64,000 nt of DNA from an uncultured Mesorhizobium sp. (GCA_964511105.1 CAZEEC010000001.1:11358-75357); one strand, 5' to 3'; shown: positions 41,540-51,824, counted from the first letter of the stretch. Notes: a model not told the origin generated them from the letters alone. Translations and numbers: made by a program.

Positions 41540-44466
41540 CAGCCTTGGCTCCTATCAGGATCTGTCTTTCGTTGTCTTGGCCTACTGGTGCGCAGAGATT
41601 GGTGCGCGATGGCGATCAGCATCAGAACGGTGGCGCCGACCACCAGGCTGAAGACGCCGAGATCGAACATCAATGCGGTCGCGGTGGGCATGTCGCCAAG
41701 ATACGGGATCTGTGTGTACTGGAAATAGGACGTCAGGAAGGGATAACCGACGAGCCAGGAGCCAAGTCCGGTCGCCGCTGCGATCAGCAGACCGAAACCG
41801 ATCCAGCGAACGGGCAAGATGCGTAGCCGCTCCTCTACCCAGCGCGTGCCTCCAGCCAGATACTGCAGCAGGAAGCCGATCGACATCGTGATGCCGGCGG
41901 CAAATCCGCCCCCAGGCATGTCGTGCCCGCGCAGGAACAGATAGGCGGCCAGAAGCACGATCACCGGGAACATCCAGCGCATGATGATCGACGGCACGAG
42001 CAGATAATCCCTGAGTGTCTCGCCCACCTCGCGGTCGCGCTGGATGTCGTCGAACTCGTCCTGCTCACGCTGTTGGTAGGGAATTTCACTGGTATCCTCG
42101 GCCGGGCGGAAACGGCGCAAGAGCGCAAAGACGGAGAGCGCCACGATGCCGAGGACGACGATCTCGCCGAAGGTATCAAAGCCACGGAAATCGACCAGGA
42201 TGACGTTGACAACATTCGTCCCCCCGCCTTCGGTATAGGCGCGGTCGAGATAAAAATCGCCCACTGACGGAGGCGCCGGCGTGCGCATTGTCAGATAGGC
42301 GAGCGTCGCGGCTCCCAATCCCGCACTGACCGCCATCGCGAAGTCGCGAGAGCGTCGCAGCCGTGTCGCCAGGTCGATCCGGCTGAAGATCTCCTCGTCG
42401 CGCTTGGGCAGCCAACGCAGGCCGAGCAGGATCAACACCGTCGTCACGATCTCGACGAGCAGTTGCGTCACGGCAAGATCGGGCGCCGAGAACCAGACGA
42501 AGGTCACCGAAGTGATGAGGCCGGCGCCCCCCATGAGAATCAGCGCCGCCAGCCGATGAAACTTCGCCTGATAGGCGGCGGCCACAGCGAAAAGACCTCC
42601 GATGATCCAAAGCGCGCCGAGCACCGGGTCAAATCCCCGAACTGAAAATTCCGGCAGGAGACTGCCGGCTCCCCACATCGCCCAGACGCCGGCCAGAATG
42701 GCAGCAAGGACCACGAGGCGCAGTTGAGGCTGCAGGCGGCGCGTCGCGAGCATGTTTTCGACGAACCGCGCGCCTCGCCAGCTGACGGCTACCAGGATGC
42801 GCTCGAAGATGCGCTGGCCCTTGAAGCGGCGGAAGAAGGGGGGACCTTCCTCGGAGGTTTTAAGATATGGCTGCAAAAGGGCGTACAGAGCGAGCCCCCC
42901 TAGCAGCGCGATGATACTCATCAGAAGCGGCAGGTTGAATCCGTGCCAAACCGACAGGCTGTAGTATGGTGTATCTTCGCGCAGAACCGAGACGACGGCC
43001 GTATCGAGGATCCCACCGACAACCAGCCCCGGGACGATGCCCACGATGAGACATACCAGCACAAGAAACTCGATCGGGACGCGCATCCAGTGCGGCGGCT
43101 CATGCGGTTCGCGCGGCAGGTCGACAGGCTTTGGCCCGAAAAAGACCTTGTGAATGAAGCGGACCGAGTAGGTGACGGCGAAAGCGCCCGCGATGGTTGC
43201 GACATAAGGCGCCACACCATCAAGAAGAGAATCGCTGTGCTGCTCGAGCGTTTCGGCGAAGAACATTTCCTTCGAAAGAAATCCGTTTAAGAGCGGCACG
43301 CCCGCCATCGCCGCACTGGCCACCATCGCCAGCGTCGCGGTGATCGGCATGAACGCGAACAAGCCGCTCAAGCGCCGCATGTCGCGGGTGCCTGCTTCAT
43401 GGTCGATGATGCCCGCCGCCATGAAGAGCGACGCCTTGAACGTAGCGTGGTTCAGCATGTGGAATATTGCGGCGACGGCAGCCAATGGGCTGCCCAAGCT
43501 CAGAAGCGTCGTGATCAAGCCGAGATGACTGATCGTCGAATAAGCGAGCAACCCTTTGAGGTCTTGCTGGAAGATCGCGAACCCCGCGCCGAGAAGCAGC
43601 GTCGTCATGCCGGCCAGTCCGACGATGAAAAACCATTCATCCGTGCCGGCGAGAACCGGCCAGAAGCGCGCGAGCAGAAACACGCCGGCCTTCACCATGG
43701 TCGCCGAATGCAGATAGGCCGATACCGGCGTCGGCGCCGCCATCGCGTTCGGAAGCCAGAAATGGAACGGAAACTGCGCGCTCTTCGTCAGTGCGCCGGC
43801 AAGAACCAGCAGGAGTGCCGGAACATAAAGGTCGTGCTCCCGGATCAGGTTGCCGGAGTTAAGCACCGCGTCAAGATCGTAGCTGCCGACGATCTGGCCG
43901 ATAAGTACCACACCCGCCATCAGGCACAGCCCACCGGTACCCGTAATCGTAATCGCCATGCGCGCGCCGTCGCGCGCGGCCTGGTTGTGATGCCAATAGC
44001 CGATCAGCAAGAACGAAAAGATGCTCGTCAATTCCCAGAACACAGCCAGCAGGATCAGGTTGCCGGAAAGGACGACGCCCTGCATCGCTCCCATGAAGGC
44101 GAGGAAGAAGGCATAGAAGCGCGCCACCGGATCCTTCGGCGACATGTAATAGCGCGCATAGATGACGACGAGCAGCCCGATGCCCGCGATCAGCATCGAG
44201 AACAACCAGGAAAACCCATCGATCCGCAGCGTGACGTTTAGGCCGAGCGCCGGGATCCATTCGATGACGTGTTTGACCACTCCGCCGTCGGTCACCGAAG
44301 GATAGGCTGCGGCGGCCACGACCAGTCCAGTCATCGCGACGACACCGGCAAGCCAGGCTTCCGCGTTGCGGGCATTCGGCGACAGCAAGGCGGCGATCAG
44401 ACTCCCGACGAAAGGAAGTCCCACAAGAAGGATCAGGAAGCTACTGTGCCAGATGGTTGTCATCAT
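41539..44466 (-). CDS. phaA: Mrp/Pha antiporter fused subunit A/B (group 2 Mrp)
   Basis: 975 aa; TKSAQFPFHFWLPNAMAAPTPVSAYLHSATMVKAG, NVVNVILVDFRGFDTFGE, MrpB-type GHDMPGGGF. Confidence 0.95.
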   Translation of the reverse strand: MMTTIWHSSFLILLVGLPFVGSLIAALLSPNARNAEAWLAGVVAMTGLVVAAAAYPSVTDGGVVKHVIEWIPALGLNVTLRIDGFSWLFSMLIAGIGLLVVIYARYYMSPKDPVARFYAFFLAFMGAMQGVVLSGNLILLAVFWELTSIFSFLLIGYWHHNQAARDGARMAITITGTGGLCLMAGVVLIGQIVGSYDLDAVLNSGNLIREHDLYVPALLLVLAGALTKSAQFPFHFWLPNAMAAPTPVSAYLHSATMVKAGVFLLARFWPVLAGTDEWFFIVGLAGMTTLLLGAGFAIFQQDLKGLLAYSTISHLGLITTLLSLGSPLAAVAAIFHMLNHATFKASLFMAAGIIDHEAGTRDMRRLSGLFAFMPITATLAMVASAAMAGVPLLNGFLSKEMFFAETLEQHSDSLLDGVAPYVATIAGAFAVTYSVRFIHKVFFGPKPVDLPREPHEPPHWMRVPIEFLVLVCLIVGIVPGLVVGGILDTAVVSVLREDTPYYSLSVWHGFNLPLLMSIIALLGGLALYALLQPYLKTSEEGPPFFRRFKGQRIFERILVAVSWRGARFVENMLATRRLQPQLRLVVLAAILAGVWAMWGAGSLLPEFSVRGFDPVLGALWIIGGLFAVAAAYQAKFHRLAALILMGGAGLITSVTFVWFSAPDLAVTQLLVEIVTTVLILLGLRWLPKRDEEIFSRIDLATRLRRSRDFAMAVSAGLGAATLAYLTMRTPAPPSVGDFYLDRAYTEGGGTNVVNVILVDFRGFDTFGEIVVLGIVALSVFALLRRFRPAEDTSEIPYQQREQDEFDDIQRDREVGETLRDYLLVPSIIMRWMFPVIVLLAAYLFLRGHDMPGGGFAAGITMSIGFLLQYLAGGTRWVEERLRILPVRWIGFGLLIAAATGLGSWLVGYPFLTSYFQYTQIPYLGDMPTATALMFDLGVFSLVVGATVLMLIAIAHQSLRTSRPRQRKTDPDRSQG

Positions 44467-44840
44467 GTATGAGGGAAACCCCGCTCTGTCGGCATGTCCT
44501 CAGCGGCGCGGTTCGCATCATCGACCGGAAACGGAAACGGGAATGGCCGGCCCCGCCAAGACGGGACATGGCGCATGGTCGGGGCAGACGTTTGCTCCGG
44601 TCCTGCCAATGGAACTCACTTTGCTTGTGTTTGCTAGCACGTAGCGCACGCAATCGTGGCTGTCTACAAACGGCGAGGCCGCCTGGGCAAAAAGAGCCGC
44701 AAAGCGGTAACGTGTCGCAATTGGAGTGGCAAAGTTCGGCGCGGGCAAAAAACGGCAAGACGGGACCCCGGTTTTCGGATGCCGTTCAGCAGCCGCTTTG
44801 GAAGCGGCAATCGAAGGCGGCCTGAATGTCGCCAGGGGAC

Positions 44841-44874
44841 AAGGGGCGGGCGAGCAACCTTTCGCCCGGCCCTT
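44841..44874. terminator. Hairpin downstream of the sugar-binding protein gene
   Basis: AAGGG(G)CGGGCGA / TCGCCCG(G)CCCTT stem; only a weak U-tail on the minus strand. Confidence 0.5.
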
Positions 44875-44883
44875 TCTTCATGT

Positions 44884-45852
44884 TCAGAACGGGCTGTCGG
44901 GGAAGTAGAACTGCTCCGCATTATCCGGCGTGATCCGCTGCGAGCCAATGATGAATCGGCCAGACACCGGCGTGGCGGAGACCAGGCCCAGAGCGGTCAG
45001 CTCGATGGCGGTGGAGATCTGCGCCGGCGGATAGGTGACGTTGACCGGCAATTGCGGATCGCCATCCATCATGCGCTGAATGATCTCCTTCATGCCGGCG
45101 CCGCCGACCACCCACATCTCGTCTTCCCTGCCCGCCTGGGCGATAGCCTCCAGCGCTCCGACCGCCATGTCGTCATCAGCCGCCCAAACGGCGTCGATTT
45201 CGCTGAAGCGCGACAGGTAGTCCTGCATCACGTTGAAGGCGTCGTCGCGGTTCCAGTTGCCGTGCTGCATGTCCAGCACTTCGATTCCGGAGCCCTCGAT
45301 GGCGGCTTGGAACGCTTCCACGCGCTCATTGTCGAGCGTCGTCGGAATGCCGCGCAGGACGACGATCTGGTCGCCTTCGCTCAGGTTTTCGGCGAAGTAC
45401 TCGCCCGCCACCCGGCCGAAGCCGGTATTGTCGCCGGCGACGTAAAGGTCCTCGATGCCTTCGACGGAGAGGCCCCGGTCGACCACGGTCACCCAGATGT
45501 CCTGCTCAGCGACGGACTGGACCGGCGCGGTCAGCGGCTCGCTCTCGAACGGCAGCACGACCAGCGCATCGATGTTGCGAGTCGCGACCATGTCTTCGAT
45601 ATCGTTGACCATGGTCGAGGCGTCGCCTGCCGTTGACAGCACGAACTCGATGTTGGGGTAGACGTCGCCCAGGCGGGTGATCGTGTCCTGGGCGTGCCAG
45701 TTCAGACCGCCCATGAAGCCGTGCGTGGCCGAGGGGATGGCGACGCCGATCGTGTAGCTCTCGTCGTCCTGCGCCAGGACGGACGTGACGGCGGCGGCGC
45801 TTGCCAGCATCGCGCCGACTGTGACGGTGGTCAGAAATGTTCTGCGCTTCAT
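44884..45852 (-). CDS. Sugar ABC transporter substrate-binding protein (RbsB-like), probable Tat signal
   Basis: MKRRTFL signal after GGAGGT SD; VVDRG, AGDN, VWAADDDMAVG. Confidence 0.9.
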   Translation of the reverse strand: MKRRTFLTTVTVGAMLASAAAVTSVLAQDDESYTIGVAIPSATHGFMGGLNWHAQDTITRLGDVYPNIEFVLSTAGDASTMVNDIEDMVATRNIDALVVLPFESEPLTAPVQSVAEQDIWVTVVDRGLSVEGIEDLYVAGDNTGFGRVAGEYFAENLSEGDQIVVLRGIPTTLDNERVEAFQAAIEGSGIEVLDMQHGNWNRDDAFNVMQDYLSRFSEIDAVWAADDDMAVGALEAIAQAGREDEMWVVGGAGMKEIIQRMMDGDPQLPVNVTYPPAQISTAIELTALGLVSATPVSGRFIIGSQRITPDNAEQFYFPDSPF

Positions 45853-45872
45853 GACTTTTACCTCCCTTGAGT

Positions 45873-46883
45873 TCACCGCCGATCGGCGGCTTTGTTTTCT
45901 CGCTGCAGCACAACCGCGAGAATGATGATCACCCCCTGGATCGCCCCGTTGAGATAGGGGCTCACCATGGAAGCGAGATTGAGAATGTTGCCGATGAGGC
46001 TGAGGATCAGCACGCCGACCACCGTGCCCCAGACGCGTCCAAAGCCGCCTTTGAGGACGGTGCCGCCGATGATCACGGCGGCAATGGCCTCCAATTCCCA
46101 CAGGACACCGGTCGAGCCCGATGCCGAGCCGAGCCGCGGCACATACATGATGGTGGCGATGCCGACGAGCACCCCGAGCAGCACGAAGGTCGCCATGCGC
46201 ACACGATCGACATTGACCGCCGAGTAGCGCGCGACCTGCTCGTTGGCGCCGAGCGCGGCGCAATGACGGCCGAAAGCCGTGCGGCGCATGAGGATTTCGC
46301 CGAAGATGGCAACCAGCGCAAAGACCACGATCGGCCAAGCCACGCCGAACAGGCCGTCGTAGTAGACAGGGCGGTAGAAGGTGCGGGCCGCGTAATCGAG
46401 TGACAGCGTACCGCCATCGGCGAGCCAGGTGACCAGCGAACGATAGATGCCCATCGTGCCGAGGGTGACGATGAAGGCCTCGATGCGCACCTTGGCGACC
46501 AGAGCGCCATTGATGAGCCCGGCGACAAATCCGGCTGCCAGGGCCACCAGCATGCCGACGAGGATGAGCGGGATGCCGACGCCCATCACCGGCACCAGCG
46601 CGTTCATGCAGATGATCATCAGGCCGGCCACGAAAGCGGCCATCGAACCCACCGAGAGGTCGATGCCGCCGGCTGTGATGACGAAAGTCATGCCCACGGC
46701 GATGATGCCGATGAATGCCGAGCGTGCCAGCACGTTCGTGACGTTGCCGTAGCTCAGGAAATTGGGGTTCAGCCAAGCGCCCAGCACGATCAGCAGCAGA
46801 AGCGCCAGCAATGGGCCCAGAACGTGAAGATTGATCCCGCGCCGGCGCAGCCCGGCACTCGCGCGTGACGCGATCTCGCTCAT
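45873..46883 (-). CDS. Sugar ABC transporter permease (RbsC-like)
   Basis: GGIDLSVGS, FIVTLGTM, ELEAIAAVIIGGT. Confidence 0.92.
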   Translation of the reverse strand: MSEIASRASAGLRRRGINLHVLGPLLALLLLIVLGAWLNPNFLSYGNVTNVLARSAFIGIIAVGMTFVITAGGIDLSVGSMAAFVAGLMIICMNALVPVMGVGIPLILVGMLVALAAGFVAGLINGALVAKVRIEAFIVTLGTMGIYRSLVTWLADGGTLSLDYAARTFYRPVYYDGLFGVAWPIVVFALVAIFGEILMRRTAFGRHCAALGANEQVARYSAVNVDRVRMATFVLLGVLVGIATIMYVPRLGSASGSTGVLWELEAIAAVIIGGTVLKGGFGRVWGTVVGVLILSLIGNILNLASMVSPYLNGAIQGVIIILAVVLQRENKAADRR

Positions 46884-48382
46884 GATGCAAGAACCTCCCG
46901 CTCACTGACGCCCATCGCCAGGCGAACGATGGCCGTTTCGCTGACTTCATCTTGCTGGAGTTCGCCGACAATCCGCCCCGCGGCCATCACGATGACGCGG
47001 TTTGCCAAGCCGATGACCTCCGTCATTTCCGAGGAGACGACAATGACGCTCTTGCCGCTGTCAGCCAATTTGCCGATGAATCCATAGATCTGCTTCTTTG
47101 TGCCGATGTCGATTCCGCGGGTCGGTTCGTCAATGATGACGATGTCCGGCCCGGCGAGCATGATCTTGGCCAGAAGCAGCTTTTGCTGATTGCCGCCCGA
47201 CAAATTGCCCGCGGTCATCGTGCGGTCGCCCGCGCGGATGTCGAATTCGGAAAAGGCCTGCGCCAGCGCGGCCTCCTCGGCCTCGACATCGATGAGAACG
47301 CGAGACGAGAAGCGATCGAGCGCCAGCAGCGTCAGGTTCTCGCGCAGGTTCTTACCGAGCAGCAGGCCCTTTTCCTTGCGGTCTTCGGTCAGATAAACGA
47401 GGCCCGCGCGGCGCGCCGCCATCACGGAGCCGATCTTCAGCGGCGTTCCGTTCACCCGCACCTCACCGGTCGCGGCCCGCAAGCCGACAATTCCCTCCAT
47501 CAGTTCGGTGCGCCCCGCCCCGACCAACCCGGCAAAGGCCAGAACCTCCCCTTTGTGCAGCACGAAACTCGCCGGTCCCGCAAGGCTCTCGACGCTGAGG
47601 CCGCGCACATCGAGCACGACGTCATCGCCGCTGGGCCGCTTCGGGGGAAAGAGATCCGACAGTTCGCGTCCCACCATTGCCTCGGCCATGGCGTCCTCGC
47701 TTAGACCGGCTGGAGCTTCGAGCACCTTGCGCCCGTCGCGCAGCACCGTCACGCGGTCGGCGATGCGGCCGATTTCGTCGAGCTTGTGCGACGTGTAGAG
47801 GATGGCGGTGCCTTCGGCGCGCAACCGGTCGATCAGTTCGAGCAGCGTGTCGGTCTCGCGTGCGGTCAGGACGGCGGTGGGCTCGTCCATGATCAGCACT
47901 CGCGCCTTGCGGCCCAGCGCCTTGGCAATTTCGACCATCTGGCGGTTCGGCACCGAGATGTCGGCCACTCTCGCGCGTGGATCGACCGTGCAATCGAGCC
48001 GTGCGAGAAGCGTCCGGCTTTCGGCTTCCATCGCGTTGCGGTCGAGAAAAGGGCCGCGCTTGATCTCACGACCGAGAAAGATGTTTTCTTCCACACTCAA
48101 TTGTGACGCGAGATTGAACTCCTGATGGATGAGGACGATGCCGAGATCCTCCGCCTCCCGAGAGGACGCAAAGGTGGCCGGCACCCCGTCGAGAAGGATG
48201 CGGCCTTCGGACGGCGCCAGATAGCCGCCCATGATCTTCATAGTCGTGGATTTGCCGGCGCCATTCTCGCCGATCAGCGCATGGACTTCACCGGCACGAA
48301 GGTCGAAATCAATGTCGAACAGAACCTGCACCGGACCGAACCGGCGCGAGACGTTCTCGATCGCCAGGACCGGCGCCGTCAT
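46880..48382 (-). CDS. Sugar ABC transporter ATP-binding protein (RbsA-like, double domain)
   Basis: GENGAGKST, MDEPT, LSGGNQQK, DEPTRGID. Confidence 0.95.
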   Translation of the reverse strand: MTAPVLAIENVSRRFGPVQVLFDIDFDLRAGEVHALIGENGAGKSTTMKIMGGYLAPSEGRILLDGVPATFASSREAEDLGIVLIHQEFNLASQLSVEENIFLGREIKRGPFLDRNAMEAESRTLLARLDCTVDPRARVADISVPNRQMVEIAKALGRKARVLIMDEPTAVLTARETDTLLELIDRLRAEGTAILYTSHKLDEIGRIADRVTVLRDGRKVLEAPAGLSEDAMAEAMVGRELSDLFPPKRPSGDDVVLDVRGLSVESLAGPASFVLHKGEVLAFAGLVGAGRTELMEGIVGLRAATGEVRVNGTPLKIGSVMAARRAGLVYLTEDRKEKGLLLGKNLRENLTLLALDRFSSRVLIDVEAEEAALAQAFSEFDIRAGDRTMTAGNLSGGNQQKLLLAKIMLAGPDIVIIDEPTRGIDIGTKKQIYGFIGKLADSGKSVIVVSSEMTEVIGLANRVIVMAAGRIVGELQQDEVSETAIVRLAMGVSEREVLAS

Positions 48383-49524
48383 GGCGTCACCCAGGCGGCG
48401 TTGCGCTGCGAGGAGCGCAGGCAGGCGTCGATGAACGCCATGCCTTCCAGCCCTTCGGCCAGTCCAGGCAAAGCCGAGTCGGCCGACGACATTGCATCGC
48501 CCCGGCGAGCGCGGATCGCCGCTGCGGCATCGGTGTAGATGGTGGCGAAGGCTTCCAGAAAGCCCTCAGGATGGCCAGCGGGAATCCGCCCGGGCACGGC
48601 AACGCCCGGTCCGTTGCCGGTCAGGCGGCGGCGCGGTTCCCCGAGCGGGGTGTGCCACAGCATCGTGGGTGTTTCCTGCTCCCAGTCCAGCGCGCCTTTG
48701 TCGCCGAAGATGCGCAGCCGCAACCCGTTCTCGTGACCGATGGCGACTTGGCTGAACCAGATCGTTCCCCGCGCGCCATCCTGTAGCCGCAACATCACAT
48801 GGCCGTTGTCGTCCACCCGCCGGCCCGGACCGATAAAATGAAGATCGGCGGCAAGGCTTTCCACCTTCAGTCCGCTGACGAAGCGCAGCAGGTTGTAGGC
48901 GTGCGTGCCAATGTCCGCCACGGCACCGCCAGCACCATTGCGCGCCGGGTCGTTGCGCCAAGCGGCCTGCTTGCCTTCATGAGAGGCGGGATCGGCCAGC
49001 CAGTCCTGAGCATATTCCACCTGGACAAGGCGGATGCGGCCGAGAAGCCCCTCGGTGACCATCGCCCGGGCCTGCCGGACGAGCGGATAGCCCGTATAAG
49101 CATGAGTCACCACGAAGAGCGCATCGGAAGCCGCAACGGCCTTCTCCAGCTTGCGTGCCTCAGCCATGGTCGCCGTCAAGGGCTTGTCGCAAATAACGTG
49201 GATGCCGCGCTTCAGGAACTCGCGGGCGACCGGATAATGCAAATGGTTGGGCGTGACGATCGCCACCGCTTCGATACCGTCCTTCAGCCGTCCTTCGCGC
49301 CGCGCCATCTGAGCGAAATCATCGTAAGTGCGATCCGGCGCAAGACCGATTGCCCCGCCGGAGATCCGGGCGCGCGCAGCTTCGGAAGCAAGCGCGCCAG
49401 CGACAAGTTGAAACTCGCCGTCGAGGCGCGCGGCGATGCGATGGACAGTTCCGATGAATGCGCCTTCGCCACCGCCCACCATGCCAAGTCGAATCGGTCC
49501 GGTACGGCCCGCGAAGCGGCTCAT
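48379..49524 (-). CDS. Gfo/Idh/MocA family oxidoreductase
   Basis: GMVGGGEGAFIG, TPNHLH, ICDKP, DIGTHA, PAGHPEGF. Confidence 0.92.
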   Translation of the reverse strand: MSRFAGRTGPIRLGMVGGGEGAFIGTVHRIAARLDGEFQLVAGALASEAARARISGGAIGLAPDRTYDDFAQMARREGRLKDGIEAVAIVTPNHLHYPVAREFLKRGIHVICDKPLTATMAEARKLEKAVAASDALFVVTHAYTGYPLVRQARAMVTEGLLGRIRLVQVEYAQDWLADPASHEGKQAAWRNDPARNGAGGAVADIGTHAYNLLRFVSGLKVESLAADLHFIGPGRRVDDNGHVMLRLQDGARGTIWFSQVAIGHENGLRLRIFGDKGALDWEQETPTMLWHTPLGEPRRRLTGNGPGVAVPGRIPAGHPEGFLEAFATIYTDAAAAIRARRGDAMSSADSALPGLAEGLEGMAFIDACLRSSQRNAAWVTP

Positions 49525-50579
49525 GGCTTCAGCCCCAGAAGCACGCGATTTGCGGCCATATTGGTGCCGGCACTGGCGAAATTGTCAAACGCCTGATCGG
49601 TCACGCGGATGATGTGGTCGCGCACGAAGCGCGCACCTTCGCGCGCGCCGTCTTCAGGATGCTTGAGGGCGCATTCCCACTCGACAACCGCCCAGCCGTC
49701 GAAGCCGGCCGCGGTCAGCTTCGAGAACACGGCGCCGAAATCGACCTGCCCGTCGCCGGGGCTGCGGAAACGCCCCGCCCGGTTGACCCACGACTGGTAG
49801 CCGCCATAGACGCCTTGTCGCCCGGACGGGTTGAACTCCGCGTCCTTGACGTGGAACATGCGGATGCGCTCGGCATAAATGTCGATATTTTGCAGATAAT
49901 CGAGCGCCTGCAGCACGTAATGCGATGGGTCGTAGAGCATGTTGCAGCGGGCATGGCCGCCGACGCGCTCCAGGAACATTTCGAACGTCACCCCATCATG
50001 CAAATCCTCGCCGGGATGGATTTCGAAGCAGACGTCGACGCCGCACTCCTCGGCGAAGTCGAGGATCGGCCGCCAGCGCGCCGCCAGTTCGTCGAATGCC
50101 GCCTCTATGAGGCCTGCCGGGCGCTGCGGCCATGGATAGAGATAGGGCCAGGCGAGCGCGCCGGAGAAGGTCGCCACTGCGGAAAGCCCCAAATTTCGCG
50201 AGGCGAGCAGGGTCTTCCTGACCTGGTCGGCCGCCCATTCCTGTCGTGCGGCCGGGTTGCCGTGCACATGCGACGCAGCGAAACCATCGAAGAGCTGGTC
50301 GTAAGCTGGATGCACCGCCATCAACTGGCCCTGCAAATGGCAAGACAGTTCCGTCACTGCGATACCATTTTCGGCCGCCTGTCCCAAGAATGACTGGCAG
50401 TAGTCTTTCGAAGAGGCAGCCGCGCCAAGATCGAACAGTCGTGCGTCGCCGCTTGGAACCTGCACCCCGACATAGCCACAATCGGCCGCCCAGCGCGTGA
50501 TCGCCTGCCAACTGTCGAACGGAGCGGCGTTGCCCGCGAACTGCGCCAGAAACAGCGCCGGGCCTTTCATGGTCCGCAT
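49521..50579 (-). CDS. Xylose-isomerase-like TIM barrel (sugar phosphate isomerase/epimerase family; candidate 3-ketoglycoside eliminase)
   Basis: EIHPGEDLHD, YDPSH, FHVKDAEF, VVEWEC; GGAGG SD. Confidence 0.88.
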   Translation of the reverse strand: MRTMKGPALFLAQFAGNAAPFDSWQAITRWAADCGYVGVQVPSGDARLFDLGAAASSKDYCQSFLGQAAENGIAVTELSCHLQGQLMAVHPAYDQLFDGFAASHVHGNPAARQEWAADQVRKTLLASRNLGLSAVATFSGALAWPYLYPWPQRPAGLIEAAFDELAARWRPILDFAEECGVDVCFEIHPGEDLHDGVTFEMFLERVGGHARCNMLYDPSHYVLQALDYLQNIDIYAERIRMFHVKDAEFNPSGRQGVYGGYQSWVNRAGRFRSPGDGQVDFGAVFSKLTAAGFDGWAVVEWECALKHPEDGAREGARFVRDHIIRVTDQAFDNFASAGTNMAANRVLLGLKP

Positions 50580-50643
50580 GAAACCTCCCTGCCGCCTCCT
50601 CACCTAAATGGCGGCCACGGTCGTCTACGTGGCAACGCTACCG

Positions 50644-50667
50644 CCGCTTGCAATCGTTTACAAGCGG
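50644..50667. promoter_or_regulatory. LacI-family operator
   Basis: CCGCTTGCAATCGTTTACAAGCGG palindrome with a TG-AA-CG-TT-CA core, between the divergent LacI gene and the sugar operon. Confidence 0.75.
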
Positions 50668-50708
50668 CTTGTTTACGGCCATCATCCGGCTTTGCGGAGG
50701 AACGAGGC

Positions 50709-51719
50709 TTGTGGCGTAAGGCTGTGACGATCGAGGACATCGCGCGCGTGACCGGCGTCTCGACCGCGACCGTCAGCCGGGCGCTTTCGCATCCTGAGCG
50801 CGTCGCGGAGCCCACGCGTCTTGCAGTCCTCGACGCGGTGCGCCAGTCCGGCTACCAGGTCAACAGGACCGCGCGCAATCTGCGCCGCCGCCGCAGCGGC
50901 AGCATCCTCGCCTTGGTGCCGAACCTCGCCAACCCGTTCTTTTCGGATATCCTGGCCGGCCTGTCGGCGGTGCTTGCCAAATCGGGACACGGTCTGCTGG
51001 TCGCCGACACGCAGATCGGACCGGACCCGGCAACGCGGCTGAACGACTATCTCAACAGTGGCATGGCCGATGGTGTGGTGATCTTCGACGGCACGCTGCC
51101 GGACGATATCGCACTCGACCGGCCGCACCCGCCCATCGTGCTGGCCTGCGAATGGTCGCCACACAGCCTGCCGTCGGTGCGGGTGGACAATGAGGGCGGA
51201 GCCGCCCTGGCGATCCGGCATCTGGTCGAGTGCGGCCACCGCACCATCGGCCACCTGACTGGGCCTGCCGGCAATACCCTGACGGAAAGCCGCATGAAGG
51301 CGACGCGCCAGGCGCTGAGAGAGGCGGGGCTGACTCTGGCGGAACACCACGTCTTCGCCGGTGACTTCGGCCTCGCTTCAGGCGCAAAGGCAGCGGAGCG
51401 GTGGCTGGCACTGACAAACCGCCCGACGGCGGTGTTCTGCGCCTCCGACGAGATGGCCTGCGGCTTCATCGGCGCGCTGCAGCATGCTGGCATCGATGTA
51501 CCAGGCGCGGTATCGGTCGTAGGGTTCGACGACATTGAGGTGAGTGCGCATCTGACGCCCGCCCTGACCACGATCCGCCAACCGCGCCGCCGGATTGGCG
51601 AGCGCGCCGCGCAGTTGCTCTTGGGCATGATCGAAGCTGAAAGTGTGCTGGCTGTTGAAGAGGTTCTTCCGGTGGAACTGATCGATCGGCAAAGCGTCAC
51701 CTCGCCGCTAGGAAACTAG
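50709..51719 (+). CDS. LacI family transcriptional regulator
   Basis: TIEDIARVTGVSTATVSRAL HTH; VVGFDD; LTTIRQP. Confidence 0.93.
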   Translation: MWRKAVTIEDIARVTGVSTATVSRALSHPERVAEPTRLAVLDAVRQSGYQVNRTARNLRRRRSGSILALVPNLANPFFSDILAGLSAVLAKSGHGLLVADTQIGPDPATRLNDYLNSGMADGVVIFDGTLPDDIALDRPHPPIVLACEWSPHSLPSVRVDNEGGAALAIRHLVECGHRTIGHLTGPAGNTLTESRMKATRQALREAGLTLAEHHVFAGDFGLASGAKAAERWLALTNRPTAVFCASDEMACGFIGALQHAGIDVPGAVSVVGFDDIEVSAHLTPALTTIRQPRRRIGERAAQLLLGMIEAESVLAVEEVLPVELIDRQSVTSPLGN

Positions 51720-51824
51720 CTCAGATGATCTATCCGTCCCGCGGATAATCCCGCTTCCAATGACGGCTGCAATTTCATAATCTCTGACGTTGCCGCTACG
51801 TAAGGCCAGCCAAGGGAGGACGAG

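Noticed and set aside
45853-46971. Long in-frame upstream extension of the sugar-binding protein (likewise 57226-57876 for the Pot binding protein) suggesting fusions or frameshifts
   Set aside because: The extensions are alternate-frame readings of the upstream genes; both binding proteins have their own SD, ATG and signal peptide.
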